From contig JBNKNM010000080.1 in the NCBI GenBank assembly GCA_050293845.1, forward strand, positions 1 through 21,985: a DNA stretch of 21,985 nucleotides. Reading direction: 5' to 3'. The position numbers and the translations under genes were made by a program. Of this stretch, positions 8,269-17,012 are shown piece by piece (the first letter of the stretch is position 1; every line of letters starts with the position of its first letter). The DNA is from Pseudobacteriovorax sp. GTDB taxonomy: Bacteria; Bdellovibrionota_B; Oligoflexia; Oligoflexales; Oligoflexaceae. Under the pieces are notes generated by a model. It saw only the letters and a program-made list of their open reading frames with translations. It was not told the origin of the DNA and ran no database searches.

Positions 8269-9009
8269 TTAGTGCAATACCCTTCCATAATAAGCAATAC
8301 CCTTTTTATTTCTTACAAATCTCCAGATATGTGTGGTGGAATAACTGAGTTTGACGATCCAGGAAAAACCAATAGTTATTGACATAAGCCATGCAATTTT
8401 ATCAGGTAAAGTAAGTGCTGTAAAAATTAAGGCGGCACAAACTAGAATGATAAGACTTAATAATTTTGATAGCAGTGCAGTGTGTTTATAGAGAAAGAAT
8501 GAAAACATAATTATAGCAAATGCTATAGAGATGAACTTAATATTGACCCACCAGGATAGTTGATGAAAAATCTCGGGAGACAAGTTCTCCCCTGTGGTAA
8601 TTCTCTTAAGGACTTGGTTTTCTAGAATATCAGCAATAGGTGCTATGGCACCAAATATAACACCAAGATACCAAAGTCTTTGCTGGCAAGAGCTAGCGAC
8701 GGCTAGAAAAAAGCTAGTTATAAATGAACCATAAAAGAGTAAGAAAAAGTTGTCCAAGAAATTACCGTAATTCATAGCATCAACGTGCATCCGATACTCT
8801 TTAGTATCTGGTTCTCCTAATACAAGCCTGACATCATTTTCGCTTCTGGCAAACTCAAAGGCGTAAATGGGACTTCCATACCCTGGAGCATAGCCTGCGC
8901 CTTCATCTGGAAAAGCATCTATTATAATGAGGGAAATCATCAGCGCTAGTATGCCAGATAATGAGCATGTGATCCAAAACTTGATTGGTCGTAAGCTTAG
9001 AGGACTCAT
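8269..9009 (-). CDS. Hypothetical integral membrane protein (about 6 TM)
   Basis: Multiple hydrophobic segments; conserved-looking PIYAFEFA, LD.FFL..Y and ADILEN motifs. No functional family recognised. Confidence 0.75.
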   Translation of the reverse strand: MSPLSLRPIKFWITCSLSGILALMISLIIIDAFPDEGAGYAPGYGSPIYAFEFARSENDVRLVLGEPDTKEYRMHVDAMNYGNFLDNFFLLFYGSFITSFFLAVASSCQQRLWYLGVIFGAIAPIADILENQVLKRITTGENLSPEIFHQLSWWVNIKFISIAFAIIMFSFFLYKHTALLSKLLSLIILVCAALIFTALTLPDKIAWLMSITIGFSWIVKLSYSTTHIWRFVRNKKGIAYYGRVLH

Positions 9010-9129
9010 TAAAACACTCCGATATGCTGTGTTCTACAGAAAGCATAGCCATATCTATGTAAAAAAGATAGAAGGAGATTAATCTTTTTGGCAACGGTCG
9101 GTGGGGAACTCGTCACTAGGTCTCTATAG

Positions 9130-10890
9130 CTAGTAGATTCCCCTTAATCGCAAATGGTTTTGGTAGATTTGTAGTAACTCCTGGCGATGCATGCGGCCGA
9201 TGAGCCTCCCACTATTATCTGCAGAAACTACGGGTAGATAACTATAGTCCCCATTGGTTATAATTTGAAATGCTTCGTAGAGCGTTTGGTTCGGCTGTAT
9301 TGTGGCTACTTTTTTGTTTGCAAGATCTTTAGCCGTTAGGTTATCGATTTTGTTCTGATCATCATTGCTGATGCTGGCACTACTGATAATTCCTATAAGC
9401 TTGCCTGTAACGTCGATAACGGGAAGGGTGCGTCGTGGAGCGCTACGAAGTTTTTTGAGAATATCGTGATATTTATAACTAACAGGAATAGCATCCAGCT
9501 CTGGTTTGAGAATATCGCTGACAGATAGGGATTGTAGGACGCCGATGTCACGACCCCATTCCAGATTAATGCCCTTGCGGAGAAGTTTAATGGTATACAT
9601 ACTACCTTTTTGCAGGTGGTTATGAATGGCGAGAGAAATACTGCAGGCCATAATCAAGGGGAGAACGATTTCGTAATCATTGGTAAGCTCAAAAATAATA
9701 ACAATGGCTGTTAAAGGAGCCTGCGTGCAAGCGGCAACGACAGCTCCCATGCAAACAAGTGCGTATCCACCTGGGTGGTCAGCAAATTGGGGAAATAAGT
9801 GATTCACTAGGAGCCCGTAGGGAGCGCCTATTGCTCCTCCTATGAGCAACGCTGGAGCAAACACACCGCCTGAAGCGCCGGAGCCTAGGCTGATTGCAGT
9901 GAGTAAAATCTTAGCGATGGCTACGGTGATGCCAATGAGTAATACACTTTGCCAATTCCCTCTTGGCACTTCCACAAACCATCTTATGGTATCCCAGGTT
10001 AACGGTCCTGAAACCTCGGGTAGAAATAAAAGGGTCACTCCAACGATGAGCCCTCCTAGAGCGGCCTTGACTCCTAGGTTCAGCTTGATCTTCTCGCTAA
10101 TCCCTTCAACGTAGTCGAGGGCCTTTGTATAACTAACACCCACAAATCCAGCAACGGCACCTAGGAAGCAATAGAGTAAAATCTCCCAAGGGCTTTGCAG
10201 GATAAACTGAAACTCCGAAAATAAGGCGTGATTATTTCCCGAAATACTGCGGGCAATAAAGGTGGCCAGCATGGAGGAAAAGATGATCGGACTGAGGTAA
10301 GTCAGACTTAGATTGCCAAGCACTAATTCTAAAGCAAAGGCTGTTCCAGCAAGGGGGGCATTGAAAGTTGCTGCAATACCCGCAGCAGTTCCACAGGCAA
10401 CGGTTAGGCGCATGCGCTTACGACCTAGATGAAGCACTTGCCCTACCCAAGATCCTAGAGTCGCTCCGATAAGGGCCGTAGGACCTTCGCGACCTACTGA
10501 GAATCCACAGGAAATAGAAATAGCAGAGCTAAAAAATTTGACGATACCAACCTTGGCTTTGATGATACCTTCATTGATCACTACGGCATGCATGATTTCG
10601 GGTACACCATGCCCCTCAGCTTCCGGAGAAAGATAGTGTGTGGTAAGGGCAATAATGGCTCCCCCAATACAAGGGATAGCAATAATAGCTATGATAACTT
10701 CAGGTTGCCAGTCAAAATTGGCTACTCTTTCTAAATAAGGAAGGATCAGAAATTGGCTGAAGGTGATAATCGTTTTATGAAACAGGATGGCAGCAGTGCC
10801 AGCTGCACAACCAATAGCTCCCCCTAGAAACAGAAAGCGGAGTCCGAACTCCTTACCTGACTTATTGAAATAGTTTTTTAGTTTATGCAT
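9130..10890 (-). CDS. CLC-family chloride channel / Cl-/H+ antiporter with two C-terminal CBS domains
   Basis: Signature motifs GHGVPE, GREGP (gating Glu) and GGVFAP; CBS repeats (LPVID..GKLIGIIS; LPVV...GRLIG). Start placed at ATG 10890; the ORF is open from 10941. Confidence 0.92.
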   Translation of the reverse strand: MHKLKNYFNKSGKEFGLRFLFLGGAIGCAAGTAAILFHKTIITFSQFLILPYLERVANFDWQPEVIIAIIAIPCIGGAIIALTTHYLSPEAEGHGVPEIMHAVVINEGIIKAKVGIVKFFSSAISISCGFSVGREGPTALIGATLGSWVGQVLHLGRKRMRLTVACGTAAGIAATFNAPLAGTAFALELVLGNLSLTYLSPIIFSSMLATFIARSISGNNHALFSEFQFILQSPWEILLYCFLGAVAGFVGVSYTKALDYVEGISEKIKLNLGVKAALGGLIVGVTLLFLPEVSGPLTWDTIRWFVEVPRGNWQSVLLIGITVAIAKILLTAISLGSGASGGVFAPALLIGGAIGAPYGLLVNHLFPQFADHPGGYALVCMGAVVAACTQAPLTAIVIIFELTNDYEIVLPLIMACSISLAIHNHLQKGSMYTIKLLRKGINLEWGRDIGVLQSLSVSDILKPELDAIPVSYKYHDILKKLRSAPRRTLPVIDVTGKLIGIISSASISNDDQNKIDNLTAKDLANKKVATIQPNQTLYEAFQIITNGDYSYLPVVSADNSGRLIGRMHRQELLQIYQNHLRLRGIY

Positions 10891-11048
10891 TGTCAATATT
10901 ACGCGTTTTGTGTGTTGGGTGACCGGGAGATAAGACGGCATTGTCGAACCAGTGAAGCAGCGATATCATAAGTATCTTTGCGTATCAAGGATCTATCATA
11001 GAATTCTTACTAAAGTGTTCCAGCTAATAGCAATTTCAACTCGGGCGG

Positions 11049-11056
11049 GCCGATAA
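11049..11056 (+). promoter_or_regulatory. Possible sigma28 -10 element
   Basis: Perfect GCCGATAA about 90 nt upstream of the cytochrome gene. The -35 position at 15-nt spacing reads GCAA, only a partial match to TAAA. Confidence 0.3.
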
Positions 11057-11108
11057 TTTTTGGATCAATACTAGTCTGATTCCGACTCTCTTAAAGGCTG
11101 CCTTGTCC

Positions 11109-11117
11109 TGGTATAAT
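11109..11117 (+). promoter_or_regulatory. Extended -10 sigma70 promoter
   Basis: TG-G-TATAAT about 30 nt upstream of ATG 11147. Confidence 0.55.
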
Positions 11118-11146
11118 GAAAGAAGAGCAGAGTGTTGGGAGAAGCT

Positions 11147-12853
11147 ATGAAAAAAGTTCTATTTATATGGGCAGTATGCGCTCCATTGCTAGCAGCAAGT
11201 GAAAATATCCCATCTAAAGGCGCCTCTTATTTCGACTATCTTACTGAAAAGCTAGGAATTTCCTTCAATGGCAACCCCCTACCTGCAACTCCTCACCCCT
11301 ATCACACTCTGGTTAAAAAACTAAATCAGTTCTCACCAATGTTTGCTGCTGTCATTCCATTCGGTAGGTCACTCCAAAAAATGGCCGCTTATCCAAATTC
11401 TTTACAATTTCCAAGGGTATTAGTTGCAACTCGCTCCGATAAGCTAGGCATCAACAATCACTTTCGCGGTAGGCTCTTTATTGGCTATGTTGAGCCTTCC
11501 CGAAAATTGGAAGTCATTAGTTATAATCCCCAGCTGGCTCGCTTTGAGTTTCAAATTGTTGACAATTTTTACCCAGGGGGAAAGGCTGTGTCCCGTTATG
11601 CTTCACGTCAATTATGCACAAGATGCCATCAGGGAGGTGTTCCCATTTTTGCTGGCGGCGATTGGTTGGAAGCAACAGCCCTTAACCATGAATTGCGCGC
11701 CTTGGTGAAAAAGGCCATAGGGGCAGATGACTATTTAGGAGTACCTTTGGCTCGAGACCAAAAAGCAAAGGATTACGATATGGTAGCGCGACCGGAACGC
11801 TTTGATGATATGGCTCATTCAGGTGCAGAATTGATCGCTTACCAACGTGCTTGGCAAGATATTTGTACTAGCAGTGACAATCCCCGAAACTGCAGACAAT
11901 CACTTTTAGCCTGGATGGTGATCACTAATATTTATGAAAAAATTTCTTTAAAGCCGGATTTGGAGCTGCTTAGTTCGTTCGTGCAAGTTATGGGAAAAGG
12001 TTCCGTAGGCATCCCCAAACATCGGATTCCAGATCATAATCCTGTAATAAATGGCCAGCTTTCTTATGAATTCCCCAAAGATATTGATCCTTCATTACCT
12101 CGTGAACCCCTTTTGCTCATCATGGCTTCTGATAAAGATTCTTTAGGAATTCAGTTCTTTAAATTTCATATTTTCATGCGCAGAATGGGGCAGGCTATTT
12201 TTACGGAAAAGGATTTTGAGAACCTTCGCAAATTTATTACGTCTGTTCAACCTACCAGAACTCTTACAAGCGACTGGAGCTATAAGGACGGAAAAAATTA
12301 TAAAAAACTTTCGGTGAAAGGAAAAAAATATTGGTGCCTACCTCAGCCAGGGCAAATACAAAAAATCCTTGATCATAAACCCTTAAAGAAAATTAGTTTG
12401 AAGTGTTTTAATCGAAAATTATATAAGGTTTTTGGTGTGCTGCAGAACCTCAAGTTAAACCGTACCGGTCCTCTGGTTAGAAGCTCAGTGTTAAAAGAGT
12501 TGCAGAATGAATTAAAGGTGAAATATTGGGATAGCCTTTGTTGCCAGAGAAATGTCGATCCCAAGTATTTCAAGGCAAGTAAGCAGAAAACTTATTTAAA
12601 CAGTGAAAATATTAGGGATCATAGGATAAAGATATTTTTTAATTTTTGCAGCGAATGCCACCTTCATCAAGATCTACCCCCACCATTCTTAGCAGCTTCA
12701 AGCGAAGAAGAGATTATGGCCAAACTCAAGAAAAAAAAACACCTCATTCAATTTAGGCTGCAGTCAAAGCAGATGCCCCCACAATTTGCTCGCCGGCAGC
12801 CTAATGCTACAGAACGAGAAAAATTGCTGCAGGCTCTCCAGTCACTTCCTTAA
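11147..12853 (+). CDS. Exported di-haem c-type cytochrome, uncharacterised family
   Basis: RBS GGAG, signal peptide MKKVLFIWAVCAPLLA, two CxxCH motifs (CTRCH, CSECH), and a distal MPP motif in the C-terminal class-I-like domain. Confidence 0.8.
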   Translation: MKKVLFIWAVCAPLLAASENIPSKGASYFDYLTEKLGISFNGNPLPATPHPYHTLVKKLNQFSPMFAAVIPFGRSLQKMAAYPNSLQFPRVLVATRSDKLGINNHFRGRLFIGYVEPSRKLEVISYNPQLARFEFQIVDNFYPGGKAVSRYASRQLCTRCHQGGVPIFAGGDWLEATALNHELRALVKKAIGADDYLGVPLARDQKAKDYDMVARPERFDDMAHSGAELIAYQRAWQDICTSSDNPRNCRQSLLAWMVITNIYEKISLKPDLELLSSFVQVMGKGSVGIPKHRIPDHNPVINGQLSYEFPKDIDPSLPREPLLLIMASDKDSLGIQFFKFHIFMRRMGQAIFTEKDFENLRKFITSVQPTRTLTSDWSYKDGKNYKKLSVKGKKYWCLPQPGQIQKILDHKPLKKISLKCFNRKLYKVFGVLQNLKLNRTGPLVRSSVLKELQNELKVKYWDSLCCQRNVDPKYFKASKQKTYLNSENIRDHRIKIFFNFCSECHLHQDLPPPFLAASSEEEIMAKLKKKKHLIQFRLQSKQMPPQFARRQPNATEREKLLQALQSLP

Positions 12854-12866
12854 AAAGGGCCGCTAT

Positions 12867-13376
12867 TTATGGGCAAATCTTAGTCGAATGCACTGAGTTG
12901 CCAATATTGTTTACAGCAACAAGAGAAAAACAGTACTGGTTTTGTTCCACAGACGTAGTCCCTAAAGCTGCTTTGACTTCGTCATCAGTGACGGTAATTG
13001 TGTATTTGCCTCCGTTTGGGGTTAAGTCTGCCAAAGGATAGTTTTTGATTTCGATGGGAACTCCAGAAGCATTGGGATATCTTGGATTTGAGTCTGGAGG
13101 TACAAAAAATATTTTGTAGGACAAAATGGAAGCATCGGTGCTTTGATCCCAGGACATGGAAAAACTTGAAGCATTTGCAACGCCATCATCATTATTGTTG
13201 TCGTCATCCTGAGTGGCTGCGTTATCGTTGTTGTTTTCCGAGCCAGTGTTAGCGTCATTACCAGCGGCTCCCGTATTAGCTCTCTGTTCGTAGACGACTT
13301 CCTGTTGACAGGCATAGAAAAATAAAAATCCCAGAAAAAACAGTAGACTAGATATGATCGTTTTGTAGTGTTTCAT
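12867..13376 (-). CDS. Lipoprotein with N/D-rich linker and C-terminal fibronectin type III-like domain
   Basis: Lipobox FYA-C; RBS GGAG; FN3 hallmarks SFSMSWD, YKIFF and YCFSLVAVNNIGNS. Confidence 0.75.
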   Translation of the reverse strand: MKHYKTIISSLLFFLGFLFFYACQQEVVYEQRANTGAAGNDANTGSENNNDNAATQDDDNNNDDGVANASSFSMSWDQSTDASILSYKIFFVPPDSNPRYPNASGVPIEIKNYPLADLTPNGGKYTITVTDDEVKAALGTTSVEQNQYCFSLVAVNNIGNSVHSTKICP

Positions 13377-13389
13377 GTTTTTATCTCTC

Positions 13390-13923
13390 CTACTTTGTCA
13401 CGGAAAAACCGGTGGGTTGCTGTGGTGGAGGAGCGTCCGCTGTGGTGATAATAATATCAACACAAGATTTATAAGGACTCAGGCCGCCCATATCTTGTAT
13501 AAATTGCAAGGTGCAATCCGTACAGGGAGTATTAGGAACTTGAACTCCTGTAAACTGGTATTGATTTGAGCTTCCTGCCAGTGCAGTGGCATCGTCAGTT
13601 AAGGTTGTGAGGTTTACAAAGTTTACTAGCCCGGCCTCTGAAAAGTTTAGTTGGAAAGTGCCCGAGTGGGAAATAGTCTCTTCAAAATTTACATCAAGGG
13701 TCTCACCAGCTATAAGAACCACGGGATTATCGCTTCTGGTGGTACTCGCGGTTCCACAAGGAACGGCATCAGGGGCACCACCCTTATTGCTGTCAAGGTT
13801 ATTCCGGCTGATAAGTCGTGGTATGGAACCGTCGGCTTCAGCAACCCTTAGCCTAGCATGGGCCATAGCTAACTCAGGAAGCAATCCTACGAGTGTTATA
13901 ATAATTTGAAATGAAAATTTCAA
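13390..13923 (-). CDS. Secreted His-brace copper protein, polysaccharide monooxygenase-like (SCE4755-like family)
   Basis: TTG 13923 follows RBS AGGGGG. The 21-aa signal ends AMA, leaving His as residue 1 (HARL). Also PCG, EETISH.G.F, PNTPCTDCTLQFIQDM and YKSCVDI motifs. Confidence 0.75.
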   Translation of the reverse strand: MKFSFQIIITLVGLLPELAMAHARLRVAEADGSIPRLISRNNLDSNKGGAPDAVPCGTASTTRSDNPVVLIAGETLDVNFEETISHSGTFQLNFSEAGLVNFVNLTTLTDDATALAGSSNQYQFTGVQVPNTPCTDCTLQFIQDMGGLSPYKSCVDIIITTADAPPPQQPTGFSVTK

Positions 13924-14124
13924 AATTGATCCCCCTTGTATACTTAGCAAATTAGATAACGAAGGCTTATCGGAATTTTGACGCTTCTCGATAACATACT
14001 TCTCTAATGCTCGGTTAATATTAAAAAGATCTCTCGGAAAATTACCCAAAAGTTTTTAGTGCCAAGCTAGTTATGGGGTGTTCCTTGCAGATTTGCATAT
14101 TTTTTTCTAGTTCTCTAGAATTCC

Positions 14125-14151
14125 TAAAGTTTTTCTGTATACTACCGATGT
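14125..14151 (+). promoter_or_regulatory. sigma28 (FliA)-type promoter
   Basis: TAAA-N15-ACCGATGT versus the consensus TAAA-N15-GCCGATAA, about 55 nt upstream of ATG 14206. Confidence 0.6.
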
Positions 14152-14205
14152 ATAACACTGCACTTACCCTAATGAATTATGTAACCAGCAGTCAGGAGTT
14201 TATCG

Positions 14206-14649
14206 ATGCTAAGTGCCTTCTCTAAATGCTCTTCAATAATTTTTGGAGTGTTGCTACTAGCAAATGTCCATATTGTTTCCTGCGTAAGCACGTCACGCTA
14301 TAATTCTATTGCTCATCAAAACGCAGTTAATCTAAAAATTCAGGTGTTACATCTAGTGGCTAATGCAGACCAGGATATTACCAGGCAAGTAGATAATATT
14401 GAGCATATTAGGAGCTTAGCAGACCAGGCCATATCATTTGCAGAGTCGTTACCAGATAATCAAGATGTGACAAAATTGTGGCTGGCTGCTATGGGGGAGC
14501 AAGAAAGTATGTGGGCTGATTTTGTTACTAAATGGACTAAAGACTCACAACTAAAACCCATTGTGAAAAAGGGGACATCAAAAGCCTTTACCGAAGCTTT
14601 TGATGCAATTATAAAAGTGGAAACCAGTAAAATTGGGAATGATCAATGA
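14206..14649 (+). CDS. Hypothetical helical lipoprotein
   Basis: RBS AGGAG; hydrophobic N-terminus ending IVS-C; ATGA overlap with the next gene. Confidence 0.75.
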   Translation: MLSAFSKCSSIIFGVLLLANVHIVSCVSTSRYNSIAHQNAVNLKIQVLHLVANADQDITRQVDNIEHIRSLADQAISFAESLPDNQDVTKLWLAAMGEQESMWADFVTKWTKDSQLKPIVKKGTSKAFTEAFDAIIKVETSKIGNDQ

Positions 14650-14948
14650 GACATATTGATGAGATAAAAGATGAAGTTGGAAGCCTCGTCAAGGGTTTTT
14701 TGGAAAAAGAGATGGGAATCTTAATTGAAAACACCCAAGAAGCCTTAGATAGTTTTTCTTCTGACTTGCCTCTGTGGATCGAAGCTTTCCAGAAAGGTGA
14801 GATATCTCAAGATGACCTTGACTACTTACTAAAGCAAAAAGAGAGAACCATAAATATTAATGGTCAGAAACTGGAAGCCATTTCAAAAATAGAACTGGAA
14901 AAACTTCAAAATAGCATTCTTGATACAGTAGTCGGCAGCATCATTTGA
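14646..14948 (+). CDS. Hypothetical small acidic helical protein
   Basis: 100-aa ORF translationally coupled (ATGA) to the lipoprotein gene. Confidence 0.75.
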   Translation: MRHIDEIKDEVGSLVKGFLEKEMGILIENTQEALDSFSSDLPLWIEAFQKGEISQDDLDYLLKQKERTININGQKLEAISKIELEKLQNSILDTVVGSII

Positions 14949-15027
14949 TGCGACATTGATAGTCTTGCCAGAATATCCCATGATCAAATTCAAAGAATCG
15001 AAGGTACTTTCTCAATCGGTAAGATTA

Positions 15028-15047
15028 GGTAGATCAGATGATCTACC
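15028..15047. terminator. Hairpin between convergent genes, probable terminator
   Basis: GGTAGATC-AGAT-GATCTACC perfect 8-bp stem between the 14948 and 15068 gene ends. No strong U-tract. Confidence 0.45.
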
Positions 15048-15067
15048 CAGTGTTGCATGATTCAAAA

Positions 15068-16060
15068 TTAACTTAGACGTGCAATATTTGATACGAGGAG
15101 TACTGGTTTTTCAAACTCTAGCATGGAGTAGAAGGGAACTTTACCGATAGCAAATGGTTGTTTGTGCAGAAAATGGTGTCGGCCAAAGGCAATAAAATCA
15201 GGATTAGTAGATTTTATGGTTCCAGAGAGTTCCTCGGCGACATCACCAAATGTTATTCTTTGAATGTAAGCGACATCATTTTTTTCCAGGTAAGAAATAG
15301 GAACTTCTACACGAGCTTTTAACTGTTTAGAAATTTGTTTCTCAGTGTCTTCGACGATGCTATCGTGATTAATGGAAAAATCATACTCAAATTCATTAAT
15401 GGCCATAATGTTGGAGATTTGCTCAGCCCAGCGTTTTAAACGTCCTTTTGTCTCCGGATGAGAGTGGAAGTGTATGAGTTCAGAATTTTTTAGGGTGCCA
15501 GCAAGTTCAGCTACTGTGGGTACTACATCTGCGCTTGTGGGGGTAAGGTCGTCAGCAACCAATAATGTCAAACGACTGCTATCAAAAGCGAAGGTATTAC
15601 CCTCTGGAATAGTAAGAACGGGAATCGAGGACTCTGCCATCAGCCCTACTGCGGTGGAAAACCCTTTAGGAACAAAGCGTCGGGAAACAGCTTTTACACC
15701 AGCTACCACAAGGCTAGCCTGCATTGCAAAGGATTCGCTGCGAATAGCTTCACTTGGATTTCCTACAAGCACTTTTGTTTCAAAACTATAGTCCTCTTGG
15801 AATTCCTCCATGACTTTTTTTAATTGTATGTTGGCATCTTCAATACGCTGTACTTCAGCCATTTTTGCAATGTTAATTGATACATATTCACCCGGATAAG
15901 TGGAGCCTGCTAGGTACATAGGTTCAACCACATGTACAAAAGACACGCTCATTTCAGTTCTTCTTGCTAAATTGAGAACCGACTTAACAAAACTAGTATC
16001 GACGGGAAGTTTAATACCCGCCACTATTTTTCGATCGTTGCCACTAAATCTCGCAAACAT
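15068..16060 (-). CDS. Tandem universal stress protein (two USP domains)
   Basis: KIVAGI...FVHVVEP...VLVGNPSEAI...LVVAG...IPVLTIP, then LLVADDLT...GDVAEEL...DFIAFGRH...KPVLLV. RBS AGGAGG lies 8 nt before ATG 16060. Confidence 0.85.
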   Translation of the reverse strand: MFARFSGNDRKIVAGIKLPVDTSFVKSVLNLARRTEMSVSFVHVVEPMYLAGSTYPGEYVSINIAKMAEVQRIEDANIQLKKVMEEFQEDYSFETKVLVGNPSEAIRSESFAMQASLVVAGVKAVSRRFVPKGFSTAVGLMAESSIPVLTIPEGNTFAFDSSRLTLLVADDLTPTSADVVPTVAELAGTLKNSELIHFHSHPETKGRLKRWAEQISNIMAINEFEYDFSINHDSIVEDTEKQISKQLKARVEVPISYLEKNDVAYIQRITFGDVAEELSGTIKSTNPDFIAFGRHHFLHKQPFAIGKVPFYSMLEFEKPVLLVSNIARLS

Positions 16061-16090
16061 AATCATATCCTCCTATCTCAATTCATACTA

Positions 16091-16107
16091 AGCAAGGTAC
16101 AAGCCAA
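16091..16107 (-). promoter_or_regulatory. sigma54 (-24/-12) promoter for the USP gene
   Basis: The minus strand reads TTGGC-TTGTACC-TTGCT, exact TGGC-N7-TTGC spacing, just upstream of the RBS. Confidence 0.7.
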
Positions 16108-16178
16108 GTTTTATTTTTTATTAAAACCAAATGTTAAGCTGGTTTTGAGATACCGATGGGAAAAAGTGTGGGAAATGA

Positions 16179-16194
16179 TGTGGCATTTGCCACA
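16179..16194. promoter_or_regulatory. Palindromic candidate enhancer (bEBP upstream activating sequence)
   Basis: TGTGGCA-TT-TGCCACA perfect inverted repeat (TGT-N10-ACA form), about 100 nt upstream of the predicted sigma54 start site. Confidence 0.45.
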
Positions 16195-16346
16195 GTTGAG
16201 TGTCTCGGAAAGCTCAACTTCACTCTTTGATGTATGTCAACATAGTATTGAAGTGGTGCCGTTGGTAGATGCTGGTTCCATCTTAAACTTGTAACTATCT
16301 AAAATACCTCTACCTTGAGCATACTGATAAGAAATCGGAGTGGCAG

Positions 16347-16670
16347 ATGGTCAGTTTTAAATGTTCTCAGTTTGAAAAATGAGTCATCCTCCTGTGTGTC
16401 AAATGCTACCTTAGAAATCCTGTTAGCTACCGGTAGCCTGAATAAATGATGGAAGAGCGCGGTATCAAAGTCGATAACTGTGTCCTATCTCTGTGGCCTA
16501 AGCAAAGCTTTGCGACGGAACCGTTTGAAGGGGTAAAAAAGACGGTGTAATCTGACCAAAAACAAACAGTAAAAAGTTGGAGTATACACCGATGAATGTC
16601 ACCATAGATAACGTCACATCTTTAAGCGAAAATCCAAGAGATCTATGGCATGTTGCTTGTTTCCATTCAG
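16347..16670 (+). pseudogene. Decayed IS6-family transposase fragment
   Basis: From ATG 16347: MVSFKCSQFEK*VILLCVKCYLRNPVSYR*PE*MMEERGIKVDN, matching the IS6 N-terminus (FKGxHF..IIL..VRWY..Y.LSYR.LEEMM.ERG..VDH) with three in-frame stops. Further scraps (P..VTID; FKRK..M..FHS) near 16590-16670 are weaker. Confidence 0.75.
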
Positions 16671-17012
16671 ATATGTCTGCAGAGACCCCACACCTGTAGT
16701 TATAGTGTAATCTTTGGGGGGGGGACTTGGAGGACGCGTATCTTCGATTGTTTTGTCTAGTTTTTTATTCATATATTTACCTCCCTACAAGGGCTATGCA
16801 ATGGGGATGCCGCATTTGAAACTCTGGCACATTTGAAAGGGATTTTGCGGTTTGATGGTAACTAATAGCTATGAAAGACCATAGATTAAGCGTCAGGCTA
16901 CACGTGGTGGTTGTTTAGGATTCCGGTTGCACTCCAATTTAATAGGTATTAGGTTTTCTCGGTCTGATGATCCAAGTCTTAACGCTAGAATAGCCACAAT
17001 AAGGATGTTCCT

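Noticed and set aside
13180..13265. Short trinucleotide-like repeats (gtt/atc) as a repeat array or CRISPR
   Set aside because: They simply encode the Asn/Asp-rich linker of the lipoprotein. I saw no repeat-spacer array anywhere in the window.
16716..16724. G9 homopolymer as a phase-variation switch
   Set aside because: It is intergenic, about 290 nt from abgT, and not within a recognisable promoter or CDS.
16795..16835. THF riboswitch upstream of abgT (TGCAATGGGGATGCCGCA resembles part of the motif)
   Set aside because: The conserved AGAGUAG and GCGUUAAGUG elements and supporting stems were not found. An Infernal/Rfam scan would settle it.
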